Counted from the stretch's first letter, positions 26,033-36,726 are shown. The stretch is 64,000 nt of DNA from an uncultured Pseudomonadales bacterium (GCA_964348455.1 CAYGCQ010000001.1:58450-122449), one strand, 5' to 3'. The notes: generated from the sequence alone by a model not told the origin. Made by a program: numbers and translations.

Positions 26033-26061
26033 GTCATTCCCGACCTGATCGGGAATCTATA
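26033..26061 (+). repeat. canonical 29-mer hairpin repeat, 15 nt upstream of ATG 26076
   Basis: gtcattcccgacctgatcgggaatctata followed by aatataaaaacaatATG. Confidence 0.9.
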
Positions 26062-26075
26062 AATATAAAAACAAT

Positions 26076-27140
26076 ATGAAAAAAGCACTGTTATACGACC
26101 CATACATGGACACCCTTGGAGGCGGAGAACGTTATATCTTTACCTTTGCCCTGGGATTAATAAAAAATGGCTACAAAGTTATCATTGCTTGGTCCTCTCG
26201 TGATGAGCTGGATGAGGCGGAAAAGCGCTTCGGCTTAGATCTTTCTAAGGTTGAAATAGATGAAGAAGCCTACGCACTCTGTAGCCAAAAAAGTGGCTAT
26301 GCAGAAAGATTACAATTTACTAAGAACTACGACTTAATTTTTTGGGTCAGCGATGGCAGCTTGCCCTTCCTGTTTTCGAAAAACAACATCATTCATCTCC
26401 AGGTGCCCTTCAAAAAAATGGGTAACAACCCTGTCATCATAAATCTTAAAACAGTCTTTGTTAGTAAATTCGTATACAACTCGAATTTTACCAAAGAAGT
26501 CCATGAGAAAAATCTACCAAAGAACAAGAGTTTTGTTCTCTACCCTCCCATAGATGTAAATGGTATTAAACCAGGCAAAAAAGAAAATATCATCCTTTCC
26601 GTAGGTAGATTTGATTCTCCCTCTCACAGTAAACGTCAAGATGCACTAATTGATGCTTTTAAAATTTTTTCAAAAAAGAACAAGGACTATCAATTGATAC
26701 TTGCCGGTGGGCTTGCTGGAGGAGAAGTAGTGATTAAGAAACTTAGGAGTGCTGCTAAAGGACTCAACGTCAAGTTTGTTACCAATCCTGATTTTTCTGA
26801 GCTGAAGAAGCTCTACTCGAAAGCCAAATTTTACTGGCACGCAGCCGGATTTGATGTGGATGAAAAGAAGAACCCTGAGAAGGTCGAGCATTTTGGAATG
26901 ACAACAGTGGAGGCCATGGCCTCAGGAGCAGTCCCTATCGTCATTGGAAAAGGTGGCCAGAGAGAAATACTTACTCCAGAAACAGGAGTCCTTTGTTACA
27001 CTTTGGACGATATGGCGAAGGAGACTCTTGACCTTGCAGCCGATTCTGCCAAGGTGACACAGATGTCAAAAAGTGCTATTGAAAGATCCAAGTTTTTCTC
27101 CGTTGACAACTTCTACGAAAAATTAAAAGTATTGATATAA
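26076..27140 (+). CDS. GT4 (GT-B fold) glycosyltransferase
   Basis: C-terminal EHFGMTTVEAMASGAVPIVIGKGGQREIL is the GT4 E-x7-E-like donor-binding motif. Confidence 0.75.
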   Translation: MKKALLYDPYMDTLGGGERYIFTFALGLIKNGYKVIIAWSSRDELDEAEKRFGLDLSKVEIDEEAYALCSQKSGYAERLQFTKNYDLIFWVSDGSLPFLFSKNNIIHLQVPFKKMGNNPVIINLKTVFVSKFVYNSNFTKEVHEKNLPKNKSFVLYPPIDVNGIKPGKKENIILSVGRFDSPSHSKRQDALIDAFKIFSKKNKDYQLILAGGLAGGEVVIKKLRSAAKGLNVKFVTNPDFSELKKLYSKAKFYWHAAGFDVDEKKNPEKVEHFGMTTVEAMASGAVPIVIGKGGQREILTPETGVLCYTLDDMAKETLDLAADSAKVTQMSKSAIERSKFFSVDNFYEKLKVLI

Positions 27141-27144
27141 CAAT

Positions 27145-28878
27145 ATGAGTTTTTTTAAAAAAAACTTTTGGATCATTATTCTATCTACACTGTTAATAGC
27201 CACATCAGCTATTAAAGTTGCCGAGGTCTACAACGGCAACTTCCCATTTACCACAGACCAAGGGAGAGACATGGTGGATATACGGCACATGGTCGTTACA
27301 CACACTCCTAGACTTGTGGGTCCGACAACCAGTATCAACGGAGTCCTCTTGGGTCCATTCTGGTACTACTTCAATCTAATCCCCTTTATAGCCGGCGGCG
27401 GAGATCCTTCATACATCGTTTACTGGCAGATTCTTTGGTACCAAATCTCAGTCATTACTCTTTGGTTAGTTCTGAAAAGAAAGAATGCAAACTTAGCCGG
27501 CATAATTTCCCTCATCTTACTGCTTATGCCCACAGGTTTTAACGCGGCACGGTATTTCTGGAACGCAAACTCCATGCCCATTTTTACTGCCTTATATTTT
27601 GCAGCTCTCATCTGGGCTCTATCCCCCGATGTCATTCCTGCGAAGGCAGGAATCCACAAACACCAAGCCGCATCACGTGTCATTCCGGGTTTGACCCGGA
27701 ATCTATACAAATCGCTCAACTTTAAATTATTTACCCTAGGCCTTATCTCTGGTCTTGCCATGCAAGTCGAAGCCGCCTTTGGCATTCTTTTATTTCCTTT
27801 CGCCTTTATATATTTGCTATATTGTCATCCCCGATCCAGGAGTCGCCTGGGAGACCCTGATCGGGAATCTATGCAAATGAAACTCAAAAAAACAATCCCC
27901 CTTATCTTTGGTTTTGGCTTAACACTCCTCCCTCAAATCTTGTTTGAACTCAAGCACGGCTTCATTATGACAAAGATCTTGATTAATGAGATTATAGGAA
28001 GAGGGGGTATGTTGGGCGAAAAAATTAATTTTTCAGAAAGATTAATTCAAAGAAAAGAGCATCTTCTAGATCTGATCCAGCACTCCAGCCACCTCCCTCC
28101 AAATACTATTCTTGGCCTCTTTATCCTCGCCCTCATCGTCTATATCATTAGTCATTCAAGATCTAATCGGGCATCTAAAAAAAATAATACAAATTCAAAT
28201 TATTTAGATATTTGGACCCTCTCTTTCTTCTTCATTCTCTTCTCAGCTATCTTCTACCTTCTTTTTCCACAGAAGCTAAAGATCTGGTACACCTTGGGTT
28301 TTTCGATTCCGCTAGCAATTTTTATCGGCAGTTTCTTTAATTACTTGTTTGAGCGTAAGCTTTTTATTTTCAAGCTTATGGCTATCGGACTGCTCATCAT
28401 GACAGTTTTCTACTCCTTAAAATCTCAAGTTGACTACACCAGAGATGTAGCCTCTAAGGTCTCGGACGATAGAAGTAATATGAAGAATGAGTTGTCTGCC
28501 ATTGATTGGGTTTATGAGAATGCAGCGGGTAGGGGATTTAATGTCTACAGCTATCTTCCTTCGGTCTACGACTTTCCCTACAATCATTTATTCTGGTGGT
28601 ATGGAAGCTCTAAATATGGCTACGAACCAGCAGAAACAGCTTATTTGCCTGGCCAGCCGGAGTACATCAGGGATGTTGATAAGCTCTGGACCAAGAAAAA
28701 GCCGGTAGACCTGGAATATCCAATCACCTTTCTTATCATCGAAGAAGACTTCGATATGCCGGAAAGAACCGAAGCTTGGCTGGGAAATTTTGCTCATCTA
28801 TGCATAGTTAAGAAAGAAGTGTTTCCGTGGCATGCTCAGGTAAGGATGCTAACGTCAAATTGTCTTCCAGATAATTAA
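27145..28878 (+). CDS. GT-C fold membrane glycosyltransferase (GDEGRD-subfamily paralog) carrying three in-frame hairpin repeats
   Basis: The loop TTDQGRDMVDIRHMV...GPTTSINGVLLGPFWYY is paralogous to the 11830 gene. Repeats lie at 27631-27660, 27679-27709 and 27824-27872. Confidence 0.6.
   Translation: MSFFKKNFWIIILSTLLIATSAIKVAEVYNGNFPFTTDQGRDMVDIRHMVVTHTPRLVGPTTSINGVLLGPFWYYFNLIPFIAGGGDPSYIVYWQILWYQISVITLWLVLKRKNANLAGIISLILLLMPTGFNAARYFWNANSMPIFTALYFAALIWALSPDVIPAKAGIHKHQAASRVIPGLTRNLYKSLNFKLFTLGLISGLAMQVEAAFGILLFPFAFIYLLYCHPRSRSRLGDPDRESMQMKLKKTIPLIFGFGLTLLPQILFELKHGFIMTKILINEIIGRGGMLGEKINFSERLIQRKEHLLDLIQHSSHLPPNTILGLFILALIVYIISHSRSNRASKKNNTNSNYLDIWTLSFFFILFSAIFYLLFPQKLKIWYTLGFSIPLAIFIGSFFNYLFERKLFIFKLMAIGLLIMTVFYSLKSQVDYTRDVASKVSDDRSNMKNELSAIDWVYENAAGRGFNVYSYLPSVYDFPYNHLFWWYGSSKYGYEPAETAYLPGQPEYIRDVDKLWTKKKPVDLEYPITFLIIEEDFDMPERTEAWLGNFAHLCIVKKEVFPWHAQVRMLTSNCLPDN
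27631..27660 (+). repeat. type F repeat GTCATTCCTGCGAAGGCAGGAATCCAC, in-frame (VIPAKAGIH)
   Basis: Stem CCTGC/GCAGG, loop gaag. Confidence 0.9.
27679..27709 (+). repeat. type B repeat GTCATTCCGGGTTTGACCCGGAATCTATACA, in-frame (VIPGLTRNLYK)
   Basis: Direct match. Confidence 0.9.
27824..27872 (+). repeat. long variant GTCATCCCCGATCcaggagtcgcctgggagaccctGATCGGGAATCTAT, in-frame, followed by gcaaATG
   Basis: Same architecture as 11577-11632 and the inverted copy at 47101-47143. Confidence 0.85.
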
Positions 28879-28888
28879 TTACTCCATA

Positions 28889-28915
28889 CCATCCGCCTAG
28901 GCGGATCTATATATT
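28889..28915 (+). repeat. divergent hairpin variant CCATCCGCCTAGGCGGATCTATATAT upstream of ATG 28923
   Basis: Palindrome CCGCC-ta-GGCGG followed by the same ATCTATATA tail as canonical repeats. Confidence 0.6.
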
Positions 28916-28922
28916 AAACAAA

Positions 28923-30380
28923 ATGAACCTTAAAAGAATTATTGCACTCATAGTAATTTTGATTTCTTCGCTTTTAATTTATAATCACAAACTTTTGGAA
29001 GTACCAACCAGTCTTACGGTTGATGAGGCGGCTTTTGGTTACAACGCAGCTCTTCTGGCTAAAACAGGTAGGGATGAAAGAGGTCTTCGTATGCCCATGT
29101 TTGTCCTTTCGATAAACGGTAAGGACTGGCGCCAGCCGGTAACACAGTACTATTTGGCAGGTCTCTTCAAAGTATTTGGATCCTCGTTATACTTATTAAG
29201 ATTTTCCAGTGTCATTATTGTTCTGGCTTCTGTCTGGGCCATATATATTTTGACTGCAGATTTGATGGGTGGAAATTGGGGGCTAGTCGCTGCTATATCA
29301 CTTGCAACCATGCCAATCATGCTCATACAAGGACACTTGGGGCTAGACAATATCATGCCTGTTCCTTTTACAATCCTTTGGCTATGGTCATTATTTTCAT
29401 ACAGACACAAGCGTGATTGGCGATGGCTTGCCCTTTCGGCTTTTGCCTTAGGTATCAGTTTCTACTCATATAAGGGGATGAGGGCTATTGTTCCCATGTG
29501 GTTAATTACTTCTGTTATCTATTTATTAGCTATCAGGAAAAACTGGAAAGAATGGTTCAAATCATCTTTTGTGCTGGGACTTAGCTTTCTTCCTTTTTTG
29601 GCGATAATTCCATATATTGAAAAAAACTTTAGTGGAGCCATACTAGGAGGAGCCAATCCTACCTGGAACAATTTTTACGAATTAGCTATTCCTTATTTAT
29701 CTTCCTTTGACTTATCCTACTTATTTGTAAGGGGTGACGCTTTGCTTTTTCACTCTACTGGTAGGCATGGCATGATGTTGCTGGCAACCTTACCATGGAT
29801 TCTTCTTGGTATTTATAGAATGTTGCTTGGAAAAAATGCAGAATTTAAAACGATGCTACTGGCTCTAGTTGCAGGCCCTTTGCTATACAGTGTGGTCGGC
29901 TCAGAGCATCGCTACAGTCGACTTCTCTGCATGTTGCCATTGTATGCATTAACCATCACCGTGGGTGTCAAGCATTTATGGGAAAACAGAAAAACTAAAT
30001 GGAGTATTTTGGGGGCTGTCGCGCTTCTAATGGTCTTTGTTAACTTTGGGGATTTTGTAAGATACTATTGGAAAACTTATCCTGGTGTTACTCTCACTCT
30101 TCTGGGGAAGATGGATTATTATCGAGACTTCGAAACACTGGCAACAGAGTCAAGGAAGCTAAACCTCGAACCAGTACTAAGTGGAATGGTAGCGAACACT
30201 ACAGGAGAGATCGGAAAATTCTTTCAAGTCGTGTATTTTGGTCGACTCCTAGAAACCGTCTCTGATGATAGAGGTGCACAAGAAGGGCAGGCTATGCTTA
30301 CACAAAGAAAAGAAATAGATGGAAATACATTGATGGGTACCAATCAGGCCCTATACTTTGTTCAGGTTCCAGAGCAATAG
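28923..30380 (+). CDS. ArnT/PMT-family (GT39/GT83-like) membrane glycosyltransferase
   Basis: First loop TVDEAAFGYNAALLAKTGRDERGLRMPMF. About 12 TM helices. Confidence 0.7.
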   Translation: MNLKRIIALIVILISSLLIYNHKLLEVPTSLTVDEAAFGYNAALLAKTGRDERGLRMPMFVLSINGKDWRQPVTQYYLAGLFKVFGSSLYLLRFSSVIIVLASVWAIYILTADLMGGNWGLVAAISLATMPIMLIQGHLGLDNIMPVPFTILWLWSLFSYRHKRDWRWLALSAFALGISFYSYKGMRAIVPMWLITSVIYLLAIRKNWKEWFKSSFVLGLSFLPFLAIIPYIEKNFSGAILGGANPTWNNFYELAIPYLSSFDLSYLFVRGDALLFHSTGRHGMMLLATLPWILLGIYRMLLGKNAEFKTMLLALVAGPLLYSVVGSEHRYSRLLCMLPLYALTITVGVKHLWENRKTKWSILGAVALLMVFVNFGDFVRYYWKTYPGVTLTLLGKMDYYRDFETLATESRKLNLEPVLSGMVANTTGEIGKFFQVVYFGRLLETVSDDRGAQEGQAMLTQRKEIDGNTLMGTNQALYFVQVPEQ

Positions 30381-30386
30381 ATAGGC

Positions 30387-32639
30387 TTACTTGCGTCTTT
30401 TGTAGAAGTAGGTCAGACTCCCAAGCGTCAGCAGAAGACTAATACCACTAATCTTCATTCCAAGCCAAAAGCTTGCAGGCTGATAATCAAACACGACTTC
30501 TCCAGTGTCATCATTTAGCTTGATGCATCTAAAGATTCCGTCGCATTTTTCTATATCGGTTTCTTTGTCATTCACAAAAGCCTTCCATCCCGGATACCAT
30601 GTATCGGCCAGTAACAGTGTTTTTCCTTTACCACCATCATAAGAAATTTTTACGATATTTGGGGTATAAGAAGTGATTTTTACGTCACCACCATTATCAC
30701 CTACGAGTCTTGCTCTGGCCTTGTAGTTAGTATTCTCTAGCACAGCTGTTTCGTTGGTTTCAAATACTTTTTTCCATTCTTTTTGATCAATCGTGTAGTT
30801 TATATCATCTCCGCCCAGCTTTCCCAACTTTCCACGTTTTACTACAAGAAGATACTTGACATTAAACTCTCCAAGAGCTTTTGAGTCATATCTCTCTAAT
30901 TGCGAATATCTAGATATATTCCCACTAAAATCAGCATTTATTATTTCCAAATAAGCCTCCGTATATTCCTTTACTGCCATTGGATCATATCCAGAGGGAC
31001 TCATCAGGCGATACTGCATCCACGTGGCCGGAGGCAAGACTTCAGCCCTTTCCCTGTCGATTCTAATCACCTCATTTTTAGATTTTTCCTTAAGATAGCT
31101 AATAGAAGGTGTCTCGGGATAAACAATTCTTGCAGGCACAAATGGTAAATATTTCCAGCCAAATCTAAACATTTCCAGACAAGTTGTGATAAGTAAAAGA
31201 GCGGTGAATATTTTCCATTTTTTAGACAATAGAAAAGTAACAGAATATACTCCGATTAATGCTCCTGGCAACAGAAGATTTCTAAGGGTAACAAGTCTTT
31301 TCTCATCTAAATTTAAAAAAGGGTTAGTGTTTGATGCAAGTATTGCATCATTTGTTTTGGCTAGGTAATATAAAACACTATAAGCAAGACAAACAATACC
31401 TATTGTGGCCAATATTTTTTTATAGTTAATTTTCTCCAGATTTGAAATTACGATACCGGAAAGCACAGCCAGACTCATCGAGAAGATTACAGCCACTCTC
31501 CCGGCTGCACTAGTAGAGATGCCCGGAACTTTATATTCATAAACAGACCGTCCCAAGGAAGTATCAAATCCGAATAAAAATGAAAGTATAGCTAGTGCAA
31601 CAAAAAATCTAACGTATTTGTTTTCTTTAAAGAGGAAAAGAGATAATATGAAGCCAAATACCGCCAAAACTCCGGTATAAAAAATTGCCTCATGGTAATT
31701 AAAAACTCCGAAGAAGTTCCCTGTGGCGGGGTTCCCAAAATAATCAGGGGCGATTAAAGTTGCAAGATATTTTAAGGGTAGTAAGCCATTGTTATATCCC
31801 GAAATATACTTATCCACGGTTCTCATTCCATATTTTGTTAATTCTATGGTTGGTAGTAGTTGGAGAGCAGAGAGTCCTACAGATAAAACACCGGGAATAA
31901 GCATAGCTCCAATGTCTCTAAAGTCTTTTTTCTCCACCCATTTCCACAAAAAATAAACGACGGTTAATATTGAGATATAAACCATTATTTGAAAGTGCCC
32001 CGATGTAATTAGAAGAAAGAATATAAAAGGTAACCAGTAAAGATGGTAGATTTTTTTAGAGCTAAAATAATTTTCAAGAACTATGAAAATGATAGGCATC
32101 CAAATCATCGCGTGAGCCGCAGTCACAAATTGAGCCCAGCTAATAGCAAAACCGGAAAAAGCATAAATAATTGCGCCAGTCGTGGCACCAATATCATTCA
32201 ATTTAATACGCTTGAGATATAAGTACATGGTTACAGCGCTTGCGAAAGACGGGAAAATCACCAGGAAATCCCAACCGGCTATATCACCGAATAGCACCGA
32301 CACAATATTGAATGGGTAAAATACTCCGGAGTGAAAGTTGGCAAGTAGGGGGTATCCGGAGTAAGAGTAGGGATTCCACAAGGGGATTTGGAGATGCCTC
32401 CAACTTTCTGCTATTAGACTCTTCCACATATAGAACTGAGAAAAAATATCGGAAATTAAAGGATTTTTAATGGGAACACCTGCGACATATCCCCATTTAC
32501 TCTCGAGCCAAGGCTCGTAAGCCCCCACCATTAGGTCCCCGGGGAATGGCACATACCCTTTGAGAAATACTTTCCAAAAATAACCAATGGTCGCCAGTAA
32601 GAAAACTAAAATTGGCCAATATTGAAGAATTTTTTTCAT
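30387..32639 (-). CDS. YfhO-like polytopic membrane protein (putative glycosyltransferase)
   Basis: About 750 aa. N-terminal GDLMVGAYEPW...WNPYSYSGYPLLANFHSGVFYPFN is typical of YfhO-family proteins. Start set at the MKKILQYW internal Met, whereas the ORF track extends to 32693. Confidence 0.55.
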   Translation of the reverse strand: MKKILQYWPILVFLLATIGYFWKVFLKGYVPFPGDLMVGAYEPWLESKWGYVAGVPIKNPLISDIFSQFYMWKSLIAESWRHLQIPLWNPYSYSGYPLLANFHSGVFYPFNIVSVLFGDIAGWDFLVIFPSFASAVTMYLYLKRIKLNDIGATTGAIIYAFSGFAISWAQFVTAAHAMIWMPIIFIVLENYFSSKKIYHLYWLPFIFFLLITSGHFQIMVYISILTVVYFLWKWVEKKDFRDIGAMLIPGVLSVGLSALQLLPTIELTKYGMRTVDKYISGYNNGLLPLKYLATLIAPDYFGNPATGNFFGVFNYHEAIFYTGVLAVFGFILSLFLFKENKYVRFFVALAILSFLFGFDTSLGRSVYEYKVPGISTSAAGRVAVIFSMSLAVLSGIVISNLEKINYKKILATIGIVCLAYSVLYYLAKTNDAILASNTNPFLNLDEKRLVTLRNLLLPGALIGVYSVTFLLSKKWKIFTALLLITTCLEMFRFGWKYLPFVPARIVYPETPSISYLKEKSKNEVIRIDRERAEVLPPATWMQYRLMSPSGYDPMAVKEYTEAYLEIINADFSGNISRYSQLERYDSKALGEFNVKYLLVVKRGKLGKLGGDDINYTIDQKEWKKVFETNETAVLENTNYKARARLVGDNGGDVKITSYTPNIVKISYDGGKGKTLLLADTWYPGWKAFVNDKETDIEKCDGIFRCIKLNDDTGEVVFDYQPASFWLGMKISGISLLLTLGSLTYFYKRRK

Positions 32640-32676
32640 TGTATTCTTATTATAGCTAGCGAGTATAATTTTCGAT

Positions 32677-35007
32677 ATGGTGCAATCTATCAAGTCTAAT
32701 TTGTTTAGGATTAAGCTTGTTTCGGGGTTTTTGGTGCCTGTCTTAACAATGCTGTTTGTTGTTGGGTTGCTATTTTATCCGTATTTCAAAGACAATCGTG
32801 CCCCGATTGCTTTGGATATTCCAGTTGGAATGTATTATCCCTGGTATAACGACACGTTTGGATATGCTGTCCGGCCACCAGTTAAGAATTCTCTAATTTC
32901 AGATACTGTAAGTCAATTTTGGATCTGGAGAAATAGAGCTGTACCGCAATTAGGATTGGGAAAGGTTGATATTTGGAATCCTTACTCATTTTCTGGATAT
33001 GAGATGTCTCCTTGGTTCCATACTATATTATTTTCTCCTCTTAACATATTCTATTTTGTTCTTCCGGTTGTGGATGCAATGTCATTCATTGTTATATCTC
33101 AAGTAATTGTGTCATTGGTGGGTGGATTCTTGCTTGGTAAGTCTCTCTATTCCAGCTCTCTAGTTGGAGGATTCTTGGCTATTGGTTGGACAATGTCTAG
33201 TTATTTTGTGGGATGGCTCACCTGGGGGACTATTTCGTTCGCTTTGGCAATGATTCCATGGTCTTTGTATTTTATTGAAAAGTATTTAAAAAGTAAAAAT
33301 CAAAAAATTTTCTTATTTCTTACTGTATTATCTATTGCCGCGTTAATACTGTCTGGACATCCTCAGACTATTGGCTATGGGATGATAATCTTTTTTATAT
33401 GGAGTTCTACAAGAAGTCTTACTGCAGGAAAAAGATTGTTACCTTCATTGCTTATGTCTACATCTGTCATTATAGTTGGGCTTTTGCTCTGTTCTCCGGC
33501 CATCTTTCCAAGCATAGAGATAGTCAAGAACTCGATCCGTTCGCATGAGTCGCTAGCAAATGTAAATTATGGCTTTATACCATGGAGTAAAATTCTTGTC
33601 GGCTTGTTCTCTGTAAATTTCTTTGGTAATCCATCTTCAGGAAACTACTTCGGTGGAGATTACAATTTTCAGGAGAAGTTTGTGAACTTTGGAACCATAC
33701 CTCTCTTCTTTGCCATATATCAAACTATTAAGCTTGTTCGAACTCGGAAGTTTTCCTCATTGGATATACTGGGATTGAGCTTTTTTCTTATTGGTATTTT
33801 AATGGCCACTTCAGCTCCCTTGGGGTATTTAATCTATCGGTTTAATATGCCTTTACTTTCTACTAGTCCGGCTGGTAGAGCCACTATAATCATGATTTTT
33901 GGTGGAATGATCATGTCATGCTCAGGTTTAATAGATATTATTCAAAAGAAGCTTAACACCAGAGCTCTAGTTCACACAATAATATATTTTTTATCATTCC
34001 ATTTAGCTGCCTACGGAATAGTGCTTGGATATTTGCGTCTAATTTCCACATTCCCTGTTGATGTAGCATTTTTCTACCAATCAATAAAATCAAATTTTAC
34101 TACTGCGGCTCGAAATACGATTTATCCTATGGGTATATTCTTTATCCTATCTTCATTAATTCTGTTTATCAAAAAAACTGGAAAATTTACCCTACCAATT
34201 TCATTTTTTATAGTCATTTTAATGTTTCTAGAAGGCTTTATATTCTTTAGAAAAATTACCCCATTTGTTCCCAAGAACTTATACTTTCCCAGCACTCCAT
34301 CCTTGAACTACATCCAAGAAAGATACAAATCTACTCAAGATTTCTTCAGAGTAGAGCGAGAGTCTGGAGAGCTGCTACCGCCAAATATGTGGGAGGTATT
34401 TGGATTCTACTCAACTTCTGGATATGACCCCATCGCACCTCTTCCCTATGAAAAATATATGATTAAAAAAGAGGTAAAGGGTAACTACAGTCGCTACTTT
34501 GAAAATGGAGATGCTGTAGATAAGCTTGAAAATCTGGGAGTACGATATTTTTTGGTACTAAGACGCAATAAAGAAGCGATTCCTGTAAGTGGTAGTTCCC
34601 TCTCCTACAAGATAAATCAGAAGGTGTGGAAACCAGTTTTTTCAGAGGGACCAGTTGAGATATTAGAGAACTCAAATTACAAACCGCCTTACTTCTTAGA
34701 TAAGCAGCAGAAGTCTGATTTTATTTCACTTGTAGGCAAAAAGTCTGACTACTGGGAATTCGAGATTCAGTCCAGTACAAGCCAAAATTTTGTCCTTATG
34801 GAAAACAATTCCAAAAGCTGGTTGGCGTATGTTGACGGCAACAAAGTAGCTATAAGTTCATATGAGGGTACATTTAAACAGGTTGCCATTCCCAGTGGAA
34901 AGCATAAACTTCAGTTTTCATACCAGAATAAAGATCTCAGAACTGGATTGATCATTTCAGTCGTTATTTGGGTTTCCTGTGTAGTTTATCTGCTTCTGTT
35001 CTCGTAA
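32677..35007 (+). CDS. YfhO-like polytopic membrane protein, divergent paralog of the upstream gene
   Basis: 776 aa with MYYPWYNDTFGYAVRPPVKNSLISD...WNPYSFSGYEMSPWFHTILFSPLN and a conserved C-terminal beta-rich domain. Confidence 0.55.
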   Translation: MVQSIKSNLFRIKLVSGFLVPVLTMLFVVGLLFYPYFKDNRAPIALDIPVGMYYPWYNDTFGYAVRPPVKNSLISDTVSQFWIWRNRAVPQLGLGKVDIWNPYSFSGYEMSPWFHTILFSPLNIFYFVLPVVDAMSFIVISQVIVSLVGGFLLGKSLYSSSLVGGFLAIGWTMSSYFVGWLTWGTISFALAMIPWSLYFIEKYLKSKNQKIFLFLTVLSIAALILSGHPQTIGYGMIIFFIWSSTRSLTAGKRLLPSLLMSTSVIIVGLLLCSPAIFPSIEIVKNSIRSHESLANVNYGFIPWSKILVGLFSVNFFGNPSSGNYFGGDYNFQEKFVNFGTIPLFFAIYQTIKLVRTRKFSSLDILGLSFFLIGILMATSAPLGYLIYRFNMPLLSTSPAGRATIIMIFGGMIMSCSGLIDIIQKKLNTRALVHTIIYFLSFHLAAYGIVLGYLRLISTFPVDVAFFYQSIKSNFTTAARNTIYPMGIFFILSSLILFIKKTGKFTLPISFFIVILMFLEGFIFFRKITPFVPKNLYFPSTPSLNYIQERYKSTQDFFRVERESGELLPPNMWEVFGFYSTSGYDPIAPLPYEKYMIKKEVKGNYSRYFENGDAVDKLENLGVRYFLVLRRNKEAIPVSGSSLSYKINQKVWKPVFSEGPVEILENSNYKPPYFLDKQQKSDFISLVGKKSDYWEFEIQSSTSQNFVLMENNSKSWLAYVDGNKVAISSYEGTFKQVAIPSGKHKLQFSYQNKDLRTGLIISVVIWVSCVVYLLLFS

Positions 35008-35032
35008 TATCAACTAAGACTATAATAAACCT

Positions 35033-35914
35033 GTGACCAGACAAGCAAGAATCGATATCATCATTCCCTCTTACAACGCTCGATATTTACTGGAGAAAAA
35101 CCTCCCATCAATTATCAAGAATACTGAAAATATCGGGAAATTGATAATAATCGATAATGGCAGTGAAGATGACACTGTAGACTGGCTAAAGAAAAACTAC
35201 CCCAAAACAGTTATCGTGAGAAACAATTCTAACCTTGGTTATACCAAACCAATAAATCAGGGAGTAACAAAGTCTGACTCAGAGCTATTTATTCTCATCA
35301 ACAATGATGTTCTTCCTAAGAAGGGTTATGAAACCTCAGCTTTACCATATTTTACAGATCCTGAAGTTTTTGCCGTTACCTTCAATGAAGAAGGTGCCTC
35401 TTGGCCAGACATGAATTGGTCCCAGGGAAAAATGCAGTTTTCTCATGGAAAGGACAAATCCAAACCTGTCCTGTCCGCCTGGGCGTCAGGCGGAAGTGCA
35501 ATCTTTAGGAGGTCAATTTGGAATGAACTAGGTGGATTGGACGAAATCTATGCTCCATTTTACTGGGAAGATATTGACATTGGTTACCGAGCTTGGAAGT
35601 CGGGTTTTAAAATCATCTGGGAGCCTCGTGCTGCTGTTGTTCACGATCATGAATCCACTTCCAAAAAACTAAACCCAAAATACATTAGCACGATAAAACA
35701 AAGGAATGAACTACTCTTTAACTGGCTAAACATTACAAATAAGAAATATATTCGCCAGCATTTATATTTTTTGTTATCACACACTTTCCGACATCCAGGA
35801 TATCTAAGAATAATTTTGATTGCCGGATGGAGATACCTAACGCATCCACACTTAAAAAGAAAATTTATTATTTCCGATGAGAATGTCCTCTCTCATATTT
35901 CAAAGGCTATATGA
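35033..35914 (+). CDS. GT2 glycosyltransferase
   Basis: IDIIIPSYNARYLL, IIIDNGSEDDT, NLGYTKPINQG and a DxD-like FILINNDV motif. Confidence 0.7.
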   Translation: MTRQARIDIIIPSYNARYLLEKNLPSIIKNTENIGKLIIIDNGSEDDTVDWLKKNYPKTVIVRNNSNLGYTKPINQGVTKSDSELFILINNDVLPKKGYETSALPYFTDPEVFAVTFNEEGASWPDMNWSQGKMQFSHGKDKSKPVLSAWASGGSAIFRRSIWNELGGLDEIYAPFYWEDIDIGYRAWKSGFKIIWEPRAAVVHDHESTSKKLNPKYISTIKQRNELLFNWLNITNKKYIRQHLYFLLSHTFRHPGYLRIILIAGWRYLTHPHLKRKFIISDENVLSHISKAI

Positions 35915-36726
35915 AACCTGAACTATCCATTATTACTGTTGGATTCAGGTCAGAAAAGACCATGGGTCCATTTCTGGACTCAATCCAGAAAAACCGTGAC
36001 GGTATAAAAAAAGAAATTATAGTCGTGGATAACTATCCTGCAGATAAGGGAGCAACAGTCGCCGAAAAACACTCCACAAAACCAACCGTCATTCGAAACA
36101 CAGAAAACGTCGGATTCTCTATTGCCATCAATCAGGGGATAAAGGTTTACAAGGGAAAATACATTTTGATTATCAATCCGGACACTAGAATCATTGGTTC
36201 TGCTTTGAAGAAGTTATTGGACTTTGCCAAGTCCACTTCCAAGCTCGGAGCTGTTGCTCCTAGACTCTTAAATTATAATGGCAAAATTCAGCCATCGTGC
36301 TTCAAGTTCCCCACCATATGGAACGCTATAAAGTACAATTTTTTTGGCTGCAAGACGTGTTTCAAGAAGTACAATCCTGGGGACAAGATTACTACTGTAG
36401 ATGTAGCTGTCATGGCGGCATTCTTGGTCCCTAAAGCTACTTTAGACTACGTTGGCGGACTTGATGAGAGATATTTCCTCTACTATGAAGACGTTGAGTT
36501 TTGTAGAAGGCTTCACAAGTTTGGCCTACCTGTTTACTATCTTCCCGAGGCCAAGGTTAAGCATGCCCATGGTGTCAGTGGTAACTTCACTATGCATCTA
36601 AAAAGCCCCTTGTTAGCCTCTGCCAAGCTTTACTATGGTCCAGTGTATTTTGCCATATTAAATGCAGTTCTCTGGATTGGGCACAAGTGGCAAGTAATCT
36701 TAAGAGGAAAGCGTTTCCGAGATTAA
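35911..36726 (+). CDS. GT2 glycosyltransferase
   Basis: LSIITVGFRSE, IIVVDNYPAD, NVGFSIAINQG and LIINPD motifs. Overlaps the upstream stop (ATGA). Confidence 0.7.
   Translation: MKPELSIITVGFRSEKTMGPFLDSIQKNRDGIKKEIIVVDNYPADKGATVAEKHSTKPTVIRNTENVGFSIAINQGIKVYKGKYILIINPDTRIIGSALKKLLDFAKSTSKLGAVAPRLLNYNGKIQPSCFKFPTIWNAIKYNFFGCKTCFKKYNPGDKITTVDVAVMAAFLVPKATLDYVGGLDERYFLYYEDVEFCRRLHKFGLPVYYLPEAKVKHAHGVSGNFTMHLKSPLLASAKLYYGPVYFAILNAVLWIGHKWQVILRGKRFRD

Noticed and set aside
28889-28915. CCGCCTAGGCGG palindrome as a restriction/modification site cluster
   Set aside because: Single occurrence. Its shared ATCTATATA tail places it with the hairpin-repeat family.
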